Shown here: piece after piece, positions 50,582-60,647 of the stretch
How positions within the stretch are numbered: position 1 is the first letter of the stretch
Layout: every line of letters begins with the position of its first letter
NCBI GenBank assembly: GCA_965218295.1
Contig: CBDCKN010000015.1
Location: 352,001-416,000, forward strand
Length of the DNA: 64,000 nucleotides
Reading direction: 5' to 3'
Source of the DNA: Longimicrobiales bacterium
GTDB taxonomy: Bacteria; Gemmatimonadota; Gemmatimonadetes; Longimicrobiales; Gaopeijiaceae
Translations under genes and position numbers: made by a program
Notes under the pieces: model-generated
Seen by the model: only the letters and a program-made list of their open reading frames with translations
The model's database searches: none
Told to the model about the DNA's origin: nothing

Positions 50582-51871
50582 ATGCCTTCCGAGAGCCGGG
50601 ATCGGGTCATTCGGGACCCGCTGTGGAATACGATTCGACTCGATGCGACGGCTGTGCGCATCGTGGATACTCAGGCTTTCCAGAGGCTTCGCTACATCCG
50701 GCAGCTCGGCTTTGCCCACCTGGTTTACCCCGGGGCGACGCACACCCGATTCGATCACGCCATGGGCGTGTATCATCTGGCCGTTACGGCCATCCGGCGT
50801 CTGAAGGAAGGGCGTCGACTCCCCGAGGGCATCTGGGAGGATGCGTACCTTGTGCCGTATGCCGCCCTTCTCCACGACATCGGGCACTACGCGTTCTCCC
50901 ACGCCCTGGAGGAGCTGGAGTCGGATCTCCTCCCGGGGGATCACGAGGTGATCAGCGCTCGCTTCTTCGATTCCCCGGAGCTGAACGATGCTTTGGCGAC
51001 CATCGGACCCGACGCCGGGCCGAAGATCCATGCCCTGATCCGCGCACGCAGCGACAATCCCCTTGGAGGCCTGGTGGCGGGTAGCCTAGACCTGGACAAG
51101 ATGGAGTACCTACGACGGGACGCCCGCTTCTGCGGGGTGCCATACGGTGAGGTGGACGTGGACCGGCTGCTCCAGGGGATCGTCGTCCTCGCCGATCCCG
51201 AGACTGGGCGGGCGGAGGTAGGGGTCCACGAGAAGGCGGTGGCGGCCCTCGAGTCGCTCCTCTTCGCCAAGTATCAGATGTTCAGAAACGTGTATTGGCA
51301 TCACGGCGTGCGCGCTGCCACGGCTCTCTACAAGAGGATCGTGGACGACGCCGTGCGGGATGGGATCCTCGACGCGGAGGAGCTTGTCGGCGCTACCGAC
51401 GAGGAGCTGATCTACGAGACGACCCGCCGCGCTCAGGAGGCCGACAGTCCCGTCGCCGAGAGGCTTTCAACACGGTGGCTCCCCGCCCTCAGGACCCGCA
51501 AGCTTCCCAAGCGGGCATTGGAGGTCACGGCCGCCGAGCTGGGCGATCGGGTCGTGGAGGACTGGGTGGTCTCCGAGACGCCCATGAAGAGGGCGGTGGA
51601 GGATCAGTTGGCCGAGGAGGTGGGCCTCGAGCCCGGCGAGGTGGTCATCGACTTTCCCGCCAAGCGTGCCATGTTCCAGCTGGATCTGCTCATCGAGAGG
51701 CGGACCGGGCAGGTCCAGCGCCTGGGTCTGGGTGGCCTCCCGGGACTCATCGATCTGCCTCGCTTGGCTCAAGAGCTCTACACGACTTCACGGGTCCTCC
51801 GGGTGTTCACCTTCGAGCGCCGCTCACTGGACCGTGATCAGGTTCTGGAGCAAATCACCCGCCGGGGCTAA
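50582..51871 (+). CDS. HD-domain phosphohydrolase (SAMHD1/dNTPase-like)
   Basis: FQRLRYIRQLG, HTRFDHAMG, LLHDIGH, DLDKMEYLRRD, VYWHH. Confidence 0.9.
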   Translation: MPSESRDRVIRDPLWNTIRLDATAVRIVDTQAFQRLRYIRQLGFAHLVYPGATHTRFDHAMGVYHLAVTAIRRLKEGRRLPEGIWEDAYLVPYAALLHDIGHYAFSHALEELESDLLPGDHEVISARFFDSPELNDALATIGPDAGPKIHALIRARSDNPLGGLVAGSLDLDKMEYLRRDARFCGVPYGEVDVDRLLQGIVVLADPETGRAEVGVHEKAVAALESLLFAKYQMFRNVYWHHGVRAATALYKRIVDDAVRDGILDAEELVGATDEELIYETTRRAQEADSPVAERLSTRWLPALRTRKLPKRALEVTAAELGDRVVEDWVVSETPMKRAVEDQLAEEVGLEPGEVVIDFPAKRAMFQLDLLIERRTGQVQRLGLGGLPGLIDLPRLAQELYTTSRVLRVFTFERRSLDRDQVLEQITRRG

Positions 51872-51902
51872 CGCTCGTGTGGACTCAGGACACCGGCTCT
51901 AC

Positions 51903-52649
51903 TCAGCTCGCTTCTTCGAGTGCCAAGAAGCCAAGCGTAACGTTGTCCGGGGCGCCTCGGGCGTGGGCCTCGGTGATCAGGCTGGCGGTAGCATCCTCGA
52001 GACCGTCGGACGTGAGGCCTTGTAATGCGTCCTCGAGCTCGCTGTCCATCATCAGCCCGGCCAGGCCGTCGGTGCAGAGCAGGAAGATGTCACCAGCCTG
52101 GGCGGATCCGTCGAAGACATCAGGCTCGACTTCATCCGAGGTACCCACGGCCCGGTTGATGAGGTGGCTGAGAGGATGCCCCCCGGCAGTCGACAGCGTG
52201 AGCGCCCCCGACTCCACGAGCTCCTGGACGACCGTGTGGTCGCGGGTGATCCGCTTCAGGCCTCCATCTCGGAGGAGGTAGGCGCGGCTGTCACCCACGT
52301 GGCCGACGACCCACAGCCCTGAGTCCACCTGCATTGCGAGGGCCGTCACGGTAGTGCCCATGCCCGCGTGCTCGGGCTCCTCTCTGGCGGCCTCCCAGAT
52401 GTTGCGGTTGGCCCGCTGGACCGCCTCAACCATTCTCTCGCCCCAGCCCGAGCCCGATCCTTCGGACGTCAGGCCTTCCTGCACGGTTCGTGCGGCTTCC
52501 GCGGACGCGATATGACCGGCGGGACGGCCGCCGATGCCGTCGGCCACGATCACGATTCCGTTGGTCTCGTCCAGGAGCAGTGTGTCCTCGTTTCGGTCTC
52601 GCTTGAGTCCGGGGTCCGACGTGCCCGCCACGCGCCAGGTGAGTGCCAA
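51903..52649 (-). CDS. PP2C-family Ser/Thr protein phosphatase
   Basis: RDRNED, VADGIGG, HVGDSRAY, LCTDGL, DNVT. Confidence 0.92.
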   Translation of the reverse strand: MALTWRVAGTSDPGLKRDRNEDTLLLDETNGIVIVADGIGGRPAGHIASAEAARTVQEGLTSEGSGSGWGERMVEAVQRANRNIWEAAREEPEHAGMGTTVTALAMQVDSGLWVVGHVGDSRAYLLRDGGLKRITRDHTVVQELVESGALTLSTAGGHPLSHLINRAVGTSDEVEPDVFDGSAQAGDIFLLCTDGLAGLMMDSELEDALQGLTSDGLEDATASLITEAHARGAPDNVTLGFLALEEAS

Positions 52650-53053
52650 GGATGCTCCAGGGTCAGAGATGCTTGAGCAGGAAGCTTAACCGCGGGAGGA
52701 GGATGCGCAACGCCGATAGAGACAGTGTCCGCGAGTTCGAGCGAGGCGCGACGGAGGGAACCGGAGGGGGCTACGGGGTTAGCATGTGGTGGTTACCGAC
52801 TTGCCCGATCTTCCGCGATTTGAGGGCAGAGGCCGAGGCGATCGAGATCATGTTGCGGGTGTCCGGACGCGTTCCTAAGAGTGGGAACCCTTTTCGTGGC
52901 TCGGTGCCTAAGTAGCTCTCGAAACATCTAGACAATAATGAGGTAAGTTGCTACCTTAACGGCTGCCTATCTGCCTATCCTACGGATTCGACACCGTTCG
53001 AGGAAGGTCGGCTCACCATAGAAAACCTGAGTGGTTAGGAGAATAGATTTTCG

Positions 53054-53953
53054 ATGGCTACGGTTACTACGCGCAGGAAGCGGAAGGGGCGGCGCAACCC
53101 CCTGGCCGGCTTCGACGCGAGCATCGAAGAAAAGACCGCCCTCGATCAGTATCTGAGGGATGTGAGTCGGCATGAGCTCATCACTCCCGACAAGGAGAAG
53201 GAGCTCGGTGCCCTCGCTCAGAATGGTGACCAGAACGCGATTCAGGAGCTCGCCCGGGCCAATCTTCGATTCGTCATCAGCGTGGCCAAGAAGTACCAGA
53301 ACCGGGGTGTGGCGCTCACGGACCTGATCCAAGAGGGAAATGTCGGATTGGTCACTGCCGCCCGGAAGTTCGATCCCGAGCAGGGCGTGAAGTTCATCAG
53401 CTACGCGGTTTGGTGGATTCGCCAGGCGATCCTGGCCTCTCTGGCCAATCACGGGCGTGCGGTGCGTGTGCCTCTCAACCGGGCGTCCGACCTGGCGCGC
53501 ATCTTCCGTGAGAAGGAGCGCCTCAAGCAGGAGCTGAATCGTGAGCCCACGTCCGAGGAGTTGAGTTCGGCGACGGACCTCACGCCGGAGCTGATCGAGT
53601 CTCTCCAGACTCTCAACGCGGCGGAGATTCGGCTCGATGCCCCCATCGGCGACAGCGAGGATTCTCAGCTCGTCGAGCGGTTCATCACTGAAGAGGCGGC
53701 CGAGCCAGAGCAGGAGGTCGAGAGCCGGCTCTTGACCCAGACCGTCGGCGACGCATTGAGCACGCTCGAGGCGCGGGACGCCAAGGTCCTTCGACTTTAC
53801 TTCGGGCTGGAGGGCGAGCGCGAGCACACGCTCGAGGAGATCGGCAACCTGTTGGGAGTGACGCGCGAGCGGATTCGGCAGCTGCGTGACCGGGCCCTGC
53901 GGAGGCTTCGCGAGGGCGGTAAGGGAGACGCACTGGAGTCGTTCGCGGCGTGA
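53054..53953 (+). CDS. RNA polymerase sigma-70 factor, RpoD-like without region 1.1
   Basis: LDQYLRDV, ANLRFVISVAKKY, DLIQEGNVGL, KFISYAVWWIRQ, TLEEIG..LGVTRERIRQ. Confidence 0.94.
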   Translation: MATVTTRRKRKGRRNPLAGFDASIEEKTALDQYLRDVSRHELITPDKEKELGALAQNGDQNAIQELARANLRFVISVAKKYQNRGVALTDLIQEGNVGLVTAARKFDPEQGVKFISYAVWWIRQAILASLANHGRAVRVPLNRASDLARIFREKERLKQELNREPTSEELSSATDLTPELIESLQTLNAAEIRLDAPIGDSEDSQLVERFITEEAAEPEQEVESRLLTQTVGDALSTLEARDAKVLRLYFGLEGEREHTLEEIGNLLGVTRERIRQLRDRALRRLREGGKGDALESFAA

Positions 53954-53966
53954 CCCACGGGCAGGG

Positions 53967-54020
53967 AAGCCCCGCCTTCCCCGGGATCCTACGGTCTCGG
54001 TGGGGGGCGGGGTTTTTTTT
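53967..54020 (+). terminator. Rho-independent terminator
   Basis: Long GC stem GCCCCGCCTTCC...GGGGGGCGGGGT followed by T8. Confidence 0.88.
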
Positions 54021-54046
54021 CGTGTGCTGCCTATCCCACTGAGCAC

Positions 54047-54946
54047 ATGAAAGGCATGGTTCACCTTGTCCGCGGTGGAGTGTACACCGTGGCGCTCGAG
54101 TCGGGGACCGTTGTCGAGGCATCACTGAGGGGTCGTCTCAAGCTCGAGAAGCGCACGGGCGATCAGGTGGTCATCGGGGATCGAGTCCGCGTGACGGAGG
54201 TGGGTGGCGAGACCCACGTCATCGAGGAGGTGTTCGAGCGCGAGACGACCATTACTCGCACCCGCTTCGGCGGGCGATCCACCAAGGTCCTGGTGTCCAA
54301 CGCCGATCGACTCCTCGCAGTCTTCGCCGCCAGCAGGCCGAAGCCCCGTCGTGACCTGATCGATCGGCTGATGGTGGTGGGCGAGTACGGTGGGGTCACA
54401 CCTGTCGTAGTCCTGAACAAGGCCGACCTCGAGGGCGCCGCCGAGGTGGCAGAGGAGTTGGAACGGGTCTACCAGCCCTTGGGTTACGACGTGCTAAGGG
54501 TGAGCGCCCTCACCGGGCAGGGCATGGACAGCTTCGCCAAGCAGGTTTGCCAAGGCATCGCGGCTCTTGCGGGCCCGTCCGGCGTTGGGAAGTCGAGTCT
54601 GGTCAACGCCCTCGAGCCAGAGCACAAACTCAGGACCGGGGAGCTCAGCCGCAAGCGGGGCACGGGTCGTCACACCACCGTGACTTCACGGTTGATCCAG
54701 CTCCGGTGTGGTGGGCTGGTCGCGGATACTCCCGGCTTCAGCGACATAGGGGTTTGGGGGGTACGACAGGCGGACCTGGATGAGTGCTTCCCGGAGCTCC
54801 GCTCTCGTGCAGCCGGTTGCCGTTTCCGAGGCTGTAGCCACCTTCACGAGCCGGACTGTTCCGTGCGCGAAGCGGTCGCTGCAGGAGAAATCGACACCGG
54901 TCGCTTCGAGAGCTATAGGACCCTGTTCGAGGAGGCCGAATCCTAG
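54047..54946 (+). CDS. rsgA: Ribosome small subunit-dependent GTPase A
   Basis: LNKADL, GPSGVGKSSL, GRHTT, DTPG, CRFRGCSHLHEPDC zinc finger. Confidence 0.95.
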   Translation: MKGMVHLVRGGVYTVALESGTVVEASLRGRLKLEKRTGDQVVIGDRVRVTEVGGETHVIEEVFERETTITRTRFGGRSTKVLVSNADRLLAVFAASRPKPRRDLIDRLMVVGEYGGVTPVVVLNKADLEGAAEVAEELERVYQPLGYDVLRVSALTGQGMDSFAKQVCQGIAALAGPSGVGKSSLVNALEPEHKLRTGELSRKRGTGRHTTVTSRLIQLRCGGLVADTPGFSDIGVWGVRQADLDECFPELRSRAAGCRFRGCSHLHEPDCSVREAVAAGEIDTGRFESYRTLFEEAES

Positions 54947-54960
54947 AAGCCCGGTCCGAG

Positions 54961-55773
54961 TCATGGCGAGGACCTGTAGCGCCCGGACAGGGGTGTTACT
55001 CGCAAGACTCCGGTGGCCGGATCGTCATCCACGGTCACAGGCCACTGGTACACCTGCTGGAGTGTGCTCTCCCGAAGGACCTCGCGAGGCTCTCCCTCAG
55101 CGGCGACGCGGCCACGGTCCAGAAGCAATACACGGTCTGCGAAGCGGGCGGCCAGGTCGAGGTGGTGGGTGATGAGGAAGATCGTCATCCCCCCGTTCGC
55201 CGAGGATCTGAGGAGCTCCAGGATCTCCATCTCGTGGCGTATGTCGAGACTGGTGGTGGGCTCATCCAGGACCAGCGCCTCGGGCTCCTGGGCGAGGGCC
55301 CTGGCGACTCGTGCCCGCTGAAGCTCGCCCCCCGACAGGGTCGAGATGAACCGATGTCCGAGCTCCCATACGTCGCAGCGTTCCATGGCCCGCTGGATGG
55401 CCTCCCGATCGGCCGGAGTCTCAGGCTGGAGCGGTCCCAGGTATGGGTAGCGACCCATGCCTACGAGATCCCGGACGGTGAGCGGGAATGCCACCGACTC
55501 TGCTTGAGGCACGACCCCCACCTCTCTGGCCAGCGCCCGCCGGTTCCACTCCGAGACGCTCCGTCCTGAGACCCGGGTCTCTCCGGTCACGGTGGGGACC
55601 ATTCCGAGTAGGGCTCTGAGCAGCGTCGACTTTCCCGATCCGTTGGGACCAAGGACCGCATAGAAGGATCCCCGCGGGACTACCATTGACACGCCGTTCA
55701 GGGCGGGATGGTCCATCCCAGGATAACGGACCGTGAGATCGACTGCTTCCAGAGCGTTGGATTCGTCGGTCAC
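54961..55773 (-). CDS. Iron-complex/cobalamin ABC transporter ATP-binding protein
   Basis: GPNGSGKST, LSGGELQR, LDEPT, MGRYPY. Confidence 0.92.
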   Translation of the reverse strand: MTDESNALEAVDLTVRYPGMDHPALNGVSMVVPRGSFYAVLGPNGSGKSTLLRALLGMVPTVTGETRVSGRSVSEWNRRALAREVGVVPQAESVAFPLTVRDLVGMGRYPYLGPLQPETPADREAIQRAMERCDVWELGHRFISTLSGGELQRARVARALAQEPEALVLDEPTTSLDIRHEMEILELLRSSANGGMTIFLITHHLDLAARFADRVLLLDRGRVAAEGEPREVLRESTLQQVYQWPVTVDDDPATGVLRVTPLSGRYRSSP

Positions 55774-56772
55774 CTAGCGGCCTCCGCTCCCCAAGCTGCG
55801 GCGGAGCAGAATGAGGAATAGAGGCACTCCCACGAACGCCGTGATGACGCCGATGGGTACCTCGGTGGGTGACAGGATCGTCCGGGCCACCACGTCGGCC
55901 AGGGTAAGAAACACGGCTCCGGCAAGGAACGAGAGCGGAAGCAGCATGCGGTAGTCGGACCCGACGACCAGCCGTACGCCGTGGGGCACGATGAGCCCCA
56001 CGAACCCGATGACACCCGTGGCTGCCACCCCCGCCGCGGTCAGCAGCGAAGCCACTACGTAGGCCGTCTTCTTGACGCGCTCCACGTTCGTCCCGAGGTA
56101 GCCTGCCGTCTCCTCGCCGATTGCCATGAGGTTGAGCGGGCGTGCGAGACCCGCCAGCAGAACCGTGGCCGGCACGGTATACAGCGTCACCGTCGCCACG
56201 GTAGGCCAATCTGCGCCGGCGAGGCTACCCATCATCCACAGGACGGCGCTCCGCACCGTACGGGCGTCGGAGACGGACAAGACGAACGAGATACAGGCAG
56301 TGAAGAACGCGCCCACCACGACCCCGGCCAGAAGGAGCACTCGCACGTCGACTCTGTCATCGGCGGCAGCCGCGACCCTCATCACGAGAGCGATGGCCAG
56401 GAGGGCTCCTGTGAAAGACGCGGCCGGGAGAGCCCAGGAGTGACTCGCTACCAGGCCGAGAGACAGGGCCAAGACGGCTCCGGTGGCGGCTCCGCCGGAG
56501 ATCCCCAGAATGTACGGCTCCGCCAGGGGGTTCCGGAGCAGTGCTTGAAAAACTGCTCCGGCCAGGGCAAGTCCTCCGCCCACCAGGATAGCCAGCGTCA
56601 CCCGCGGCGCCCGTAGCTCCACCACGATTCGTTGGACATTGGGGTCTCCTCCACCCGTCAGCGCGGTGACGACCTCGGACGGTGTGAGCGCGACCGAGCC
56701 GAGCCAGATGCTCACGGCGAACGCGCCCATTACACCCAGGAGGAGCACTCCGGCCCAAGCGAGCGGCCTCAC
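55774..56772 (-). CDS. FecCD/BtuC-family ABC permease
   Basis: QALLRNPLAEPYILGISGGA, GVIGFVGLIVPH, EVPIGVITA. Confidence 0.93.
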   Translation of the reverse strand: MRPLAWAGVLLLGVMGAFAVSIWLGSVALTPSEVVTALTGGGDPNVQRIVVELRAPRVTLAILVGGGLALAGAVFQALLRNPLAEPYILGISGGAATGAVLALSLGLVASHSWALPAASFTGALLAIALVMRVAAAADDRVDVRVLLLAGVVVGAFFTACISFVLSVSDARTVRSAVLWMMGSLAGADWPTVATVTLYTVPATVLLAGLARPLNLMAIGEETAGYLGTNVERVKKTAYVVASLLTAAGVAATGVIGFVGLIVPHGVRLVVGSDYRMLLPLSFLAGAVFLTLADVVARTILSPTEVPIGVITAFVGVPLFLILLRRSLGSGGR

Positions 56773-57776
56773 CGAAAGGCCTCCGGGTGGATCAGACGAG
56801 CGATGGTCCTGGCGGCCTCCCCCAGTCCGGGGCCCGGTACTTCCACCGAGCTGGGCAACGGCACGTGCTCGACATCGGAGACCTGCGGCGGCACGCTCCC
56901 CTCGGAGACGAGGATCAAGTCTACCTCACGGGTGATCAGCTCCTCCAGACTTATGGGGATATATAACCCTTCAAGGTCGTCGAAGACGTTCTCCGCCCCG
57001 CCGGCCACCATGAGCTCGTGTATGTACGTCCCGGGCCCGGCCACCCACGGGGGCTCGCCACCCATGAGGTAAACGACCTTGCGATGGGGCAGGCCGTTGA
57101 CGCGCGCCGCCACGTCGTCCAGGGCCTCCTGGATCCCCGCCAAGATCGAATCGGCTGCTGCAGCGGCGTCGGTGATCGCTCCAAGACGTCCGATGATCGA
57201 CTGAACGTCGGCGATGCCGTCGGGCTGGATGGCGAAGTGTGGGATACCCAGGTCGCTCAGGCGCTCTGCCGTGGCCTGGTCGGACTCGCCCTGGAACCGG
57301 ACGACCAAGTCGGGATCGAGTGAGACCAGGACCTCGAGGTTGGGCTGGAGTCCACCCCCCACCGACGGCAGCTCGGCGAGCTCCGGCAAATGGTCGTAGT
57401 CCGTTCGACCTACCAGGCTCTCCCGGACCCCAAGAGCCAGGAGCGTCTCGGTTGCCGACGGCACGAGCGAGACGATCCTCTCCGGAGGGGCGTCGAAACG
57501 GTGCTGCGCCCCTGAGTCATCGATGACCAGGATGGGATAGTCGCTCCCAGCGGAGCCTGGGGGGAGAGCCTCGGGTGAATCGCCTCCAGTGGTGCCTTGA
57601 TCGGCTGTACAACTCAGCTGCGAGGCGACCAGCACACACGTGCCGAGCCGGCGCAACGAAGTCACGGTGGATGCAGCGCCACTCGAGCCGAGCGACCTTC
57701 GTGCTCGTCGTGAGGGCCGAGTCGACCGCGAGACGATCGAGCGAAGCGAGATCAATACCAATCGATCATCGGTCAC
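56769..57776 (-). CDS. BtuF/FepB-like substrate-binding protein
   Basis: PPERIVSLVPSATETLLALG, PNLEVLVSLDPDLV, AGGAENVF; true start probably downstream. Confidence 0.85.
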   Translation of the reverse strand: MTDDRLVLISLRSIVSRSTRPSRRARRSLGSSGAASTVTSLRRLGTCVLVASQLSCTADQGTTGGDSPEALPPGSAGSDYPILVIDDSGAQHRFDAPPERIVSLVPSATETLLALGVRESLVGRTDYDHLPELAELPSVGGGLQPNLEVLVSLDPDLVVRFQGESDQATAERLSDLGIPHFAIQPDGIADVQSIIGRLGAITDAAAAADSILAGIQEALDDVAARVNGLPHRKVVYLMGGEPPWVAGPGTYIHELMVAGGAENVFDDLEGLYIPISLEELITREVDLILVSEGSVPPQVSDVEHVPLPSSVEVPGPGLGEAARTIARLIHPEAFR

Positions 57777-57802
57777 GGGCCACTAGCTGCCGGACGCTCG
57801 CG

Positions 57803-58813
57803 TCACGGGGCCCTGGTGGCCACGGGCGTCGGCAGGCCGCAAGAGTCCCGGAACGATTCGCTCCAGCCGACGTCCTCTCGCTTCAGGGTGGCGATCCAGA
57901 CGGAGCTCTCACCCAGCACCTCCAGGATGAGCTCGGGTGTGCCGTCGCCGTCCACGTCCATTCGGCCGAAGTAGCGCGCAGCACCCTTGCCGTGCTGGCT
58001 CCATACCCGGTAATCGACGTACGTGGTCTGGTATCCACTGCCGTCGGGGTCGGAGGCGATGAGGAAGACCGAGTAGGCGTCGGGGGGCGCGGGTCCCACC
58101 TTTAGGGAGTCGCCGTACACGAAGGTCGCGACGACCGTAGGAGCCTCTTCGGAGCCGTTCCGGAACATCTGTATGTCACGCCGGATAGCGAGGACGGATT
58201 CGGGCCAAGTGGCTCTCAGCGTGGGCAAGAGTGCCCTCATCATGTTGAGCGACATGACTCTCAGGTCACGAGTCTGCACGACCGTCTCATGATCCTCGTA
58301 CGCGAACGATGCCCCGACATCGCTCGAAAGAGCGAGGAAGGTGTTGGTAGCGGACGCGTTGGGGACGACCTCGATGGGACCACGGACCTGGGGTCTGGCC
58401 CCGCAATACGACGCAACCGCGCTATACTCGGCTGCCGTGAGAGTGCCCACCCGCACCCCCTCCGAGAAGAGGGTGAACGTCGAGCCCCCCGCGAAGTGTC
58501 GCTCTGTAAATGCTCGGCTGTCCTGGGCCGAGCCATCTCCTGGAAGCGCGTGTAGCCCATCGGCGTGCATCTCCGCCACAGGCACCAGCCAGGCCTCGGA
58601 TCCTACCCGCCGGCCCAGGTACAGGACGGGCTCCGAGGGCTTGGGAGTCACGGGAGTTGCAGTCGTGTCAGCGGGCGGAGCAGGAGCCTCCATGATCGTA
58701 GGCTCCGAGGGAGATCTCAACCTCATGTCGACCCCTCCCCACTCCACGTTGTCGCAACCCAACGCGACCATTACAATCCCGAGCAACGGGACCCTCTGAA
58801 GGCCTTTGACCAT
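57803..58813 (-). CDS. Hypothetical lipoprotein
   Basis: Lipobox VALGC, Pro-rich linker, DVDGDGTPE Ca-binding-like motif. Confidence 0.7.
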   Translation of the reverse strand: MVKGLQRVPLLGIVMVALGCDNVEWGGVDMRLRSPSEPTIMEAPAPPADTTATPVTPKPSEPVLYLGRRVGSEAWLVPVAEMHADGLHALPGDGSAQDSRAFTERHFAGGSTFTLFSEGVRVGTLTAAEYSAVASYCGARPQVRGPIEVVPNASATNTFLALSSDVGASFAYEDHETVVQTRDLRVMSLNMMRALLPTLRATWPESVLAIRRDIQMFRNGSEEAPTVVATFVYGDSLKVGPAPPDAYSVFLIASDPDGSGYQTTYVDYRVWSQHGKGAARYFGRMDVDGDGTPELILEVLGESSVWIATLKREDVGWSESFRDSCGLPTPVATRAP

Positions 58814-58909
58814 GCGGAAAAGTTATCCCGGCCCCTGGAGGAAATCAAAGGTGCCGCCTGACCACCGGACGGCCCCAGGTGAGGTCGATCTGCGGAGAAC
58901 GGCGAGTCG

Positions 58910-59559
58910 TTGAGGGCCCGTCTGGCGTGGGTGCCCTCTTTCGTTGTGGGGGCGGCCGCGGCCACGGCCGCAGCCGTCGCCGTGGCACTGTTGCTGTACT
59001 CGGGAGAGGGCATGCTCCGGTCGCTGACGCTGATCGTCGCGGTCGAGCTTGTGGCCTTGGGCGCCGGGCTGGCGGGTCCCCCGGTGGCGGAGTGGCCGGG
59101 GGTGGTGGAATCTCTCCGGAGGCGATGGCTATCGGTGCTCATCACCTTCCTGGCCGCGTCGGTCTTTACAGTCGCTTGGACGTTCGGGGAGGGGTTTGGC
59201 GCGGGGGCTACGACCCAGGCTCTCGGCCTGGCGTTGCTGGCCGGGTTGCCACTCTACGCTTGTGGCCGCCTCCTGGCGGCTATCTCTACGGTGTGGATTG
59301 ACGATGGGCCGCCGAGGGCCGGGGCAGTCGCCGCTCTGGGTGTGCCGCCCTCGGGGTTCTGGCGACCGGCTTGAGCGGACTGTCGCGCCTGGGTGCCCCG
59401 TCTCTCTTGCTTTTCTTCCTCATCGTCCTGTCCGGCACCGCCCTCTTGCAGGGATGGATTCTGGAGGGGGCGGTTGAGTCGGACACTGACGTGCCGTCGG
59501 AATCAAACGTGGACCTGGAGCCTCTTGCGAAGCCCGAGTCCGAGATGAAGCCCTCGTGA
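58910..59559 (+). pseudogene. Multi-pass membrane protein split by a frameshift at ~59342
   Basis: About 6 hydrophobic segments; removing an extra GT in CTGGGTGTGCCGCC joins ...AVAALG to AALGVLATGLSG...; stop overlaps the next start (GTGA). Confidence 0.65.
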
Positions 59560-60635
59560 TCATCGCCCACTTCTCTGACCTCCACCTGGGGTACCGGGCG
59601 TACGCCCATGTGGAGCAGGGCCGCAACGTCCGGGAGTCGGACGTTACCCGCGCTTTCCACCAGGCCATCGAGAAGGTTATCGGACTGGGCCCGGCGGCCG
59701 TGGTAGTGGCGGGTGACGTGTTCGATCGGCCGGAGCCCCCTCACTCCGCCCTGGTAGCCCTCGCACAGGGGCTCCAGGCCCTCCGGGAAGCTCTCCCGGA
59801 CACCCCGGTGCTCTTGGCGGCGGGGGCGCGCGATACACCGGCTCCCGTGGCCGATCCGGGTCCGCTGGCGACGTTCGACACCATGGCCGCCGTGGAGGCC
59901 GTGACCGGAACGATGCGCTCGGTGTACTACTCTCAGCTGGGTTTGAACGTGACGCTCGTTCCCCATCGGGCCACGCTGCAGGGACCGCCTCCACCGGTGG
60001 CTCCCAACCCCGATGCTCGCTGGAACGTGCTAGTGGGCTACGGATCGACGGACGGAGGGGACGATGCCATGCTCGCATTGGACCCCTCGAAGTGGGACTA
60101 CGTGGCTCTCGGCTACGAGCACCACCGCCGGAGGGTTGGAGGGCCTGTGCACTATGCCGGATCCCTCGAGCGGGTGGGGCCTACGCCGTGGGAGGAGGCG
60201 GCTGAGGAGAAGGGCTTCCTGACGTGCGAGCTGGAGTCGGGGCGTGTTCGCTTCCACGCCATCCACGGTCGTCCCGTCGTCTCCTTGGCCTCGATCCCGT
60301 ATGAGACGGATCGCCCGAACCGGCTCCGCGAACGTGTCCAGGAAGTACTGGACGAGGTCCCGGGTGGAATCGAAGAGAAGATCGTGCGTATTCGCATTGA
60401 GGGGCTTCCCCCGGACCGCTTGGACCTGCTGGAAGGGCTCTTGCCCGAGTACCGACGCAGAGCTCTGCATCTGGAGGTGCAGCTCGATGACCGAACGGCT
60501 GGAGGGGAATCCGCCGAGGAGCGGCCCTCGGTGCGCTTGGCGTCCAGGCTGGCGGAGCGCCTCACGGAGGATGGGGGGAGCCTCGAGGATCTGGTACGGC
60601 TGGTGGAGGATTGTCTCCCAGCGACGCAATTGTAG
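59556..60635 (+). CDS. SbcD/Mre11-like metallophosphoesterase with degenerate active site
   Basis: HFSDLHLG, AGDVFD, WDYVALG and YAGSLER retained; GNHD reads GARD and GHxH reads GYEH. Confidence 0.8.
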   Translation: MIIAHFSDLHLGYRAYAHVEQGRNVRESDVTRAFHQAIEKVIGLGPAAVVVAGDVFDRPEPPHSALVALAQGLQALREALPDTPVLLAAGARDTPAPVADPGPLATFDTMAAVEAVTGTMRSVYYSQLGLNVTLVPHRATLQGPPPPVAPNPDARWNVLVGYGSTDGGDDAMLALDPSKWDYVALGYEHHRRRVGGPVHYAGSLERVGPTPWEEAAEEKGFLTCELESGRVRFHAIHGRPVVSLASIPYETDRPNRLRERVQEVLDEVPGGIEEKIVRIRIEGLPPDRLDLLEGLLPEYRRRALHLEVQLDDRTAGGESAEERPSVRLASRLAERLTEDGGSLEDLVRLVEDCLPATQL

Positions 60636-60647
60636 GAGGACAGCGCG

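Noticed and set aside
49369..51871. GIY-YIG nuclease divergent from an HD dNTPase as a defence system
   Set aside because: Both look like ordinary repair and nucleotide-pool genes in a housekeeping context.
52650..53053. Short repeats (CTGCCTAT x2, CCTAAG x2, AGGTA-N6-TACCT) in the AT-richer region before the second sigma gene
   Set aside because: They are too short to tell from chance; this is probably ordinary promoter DNA.
57776..58900. Possible cobalamin riboswitch upstream of the Btu/Fec-like ABC genes
   Set aside because: There is little intergenic space and no B12-box was seen, so the substrate remains unassigned.
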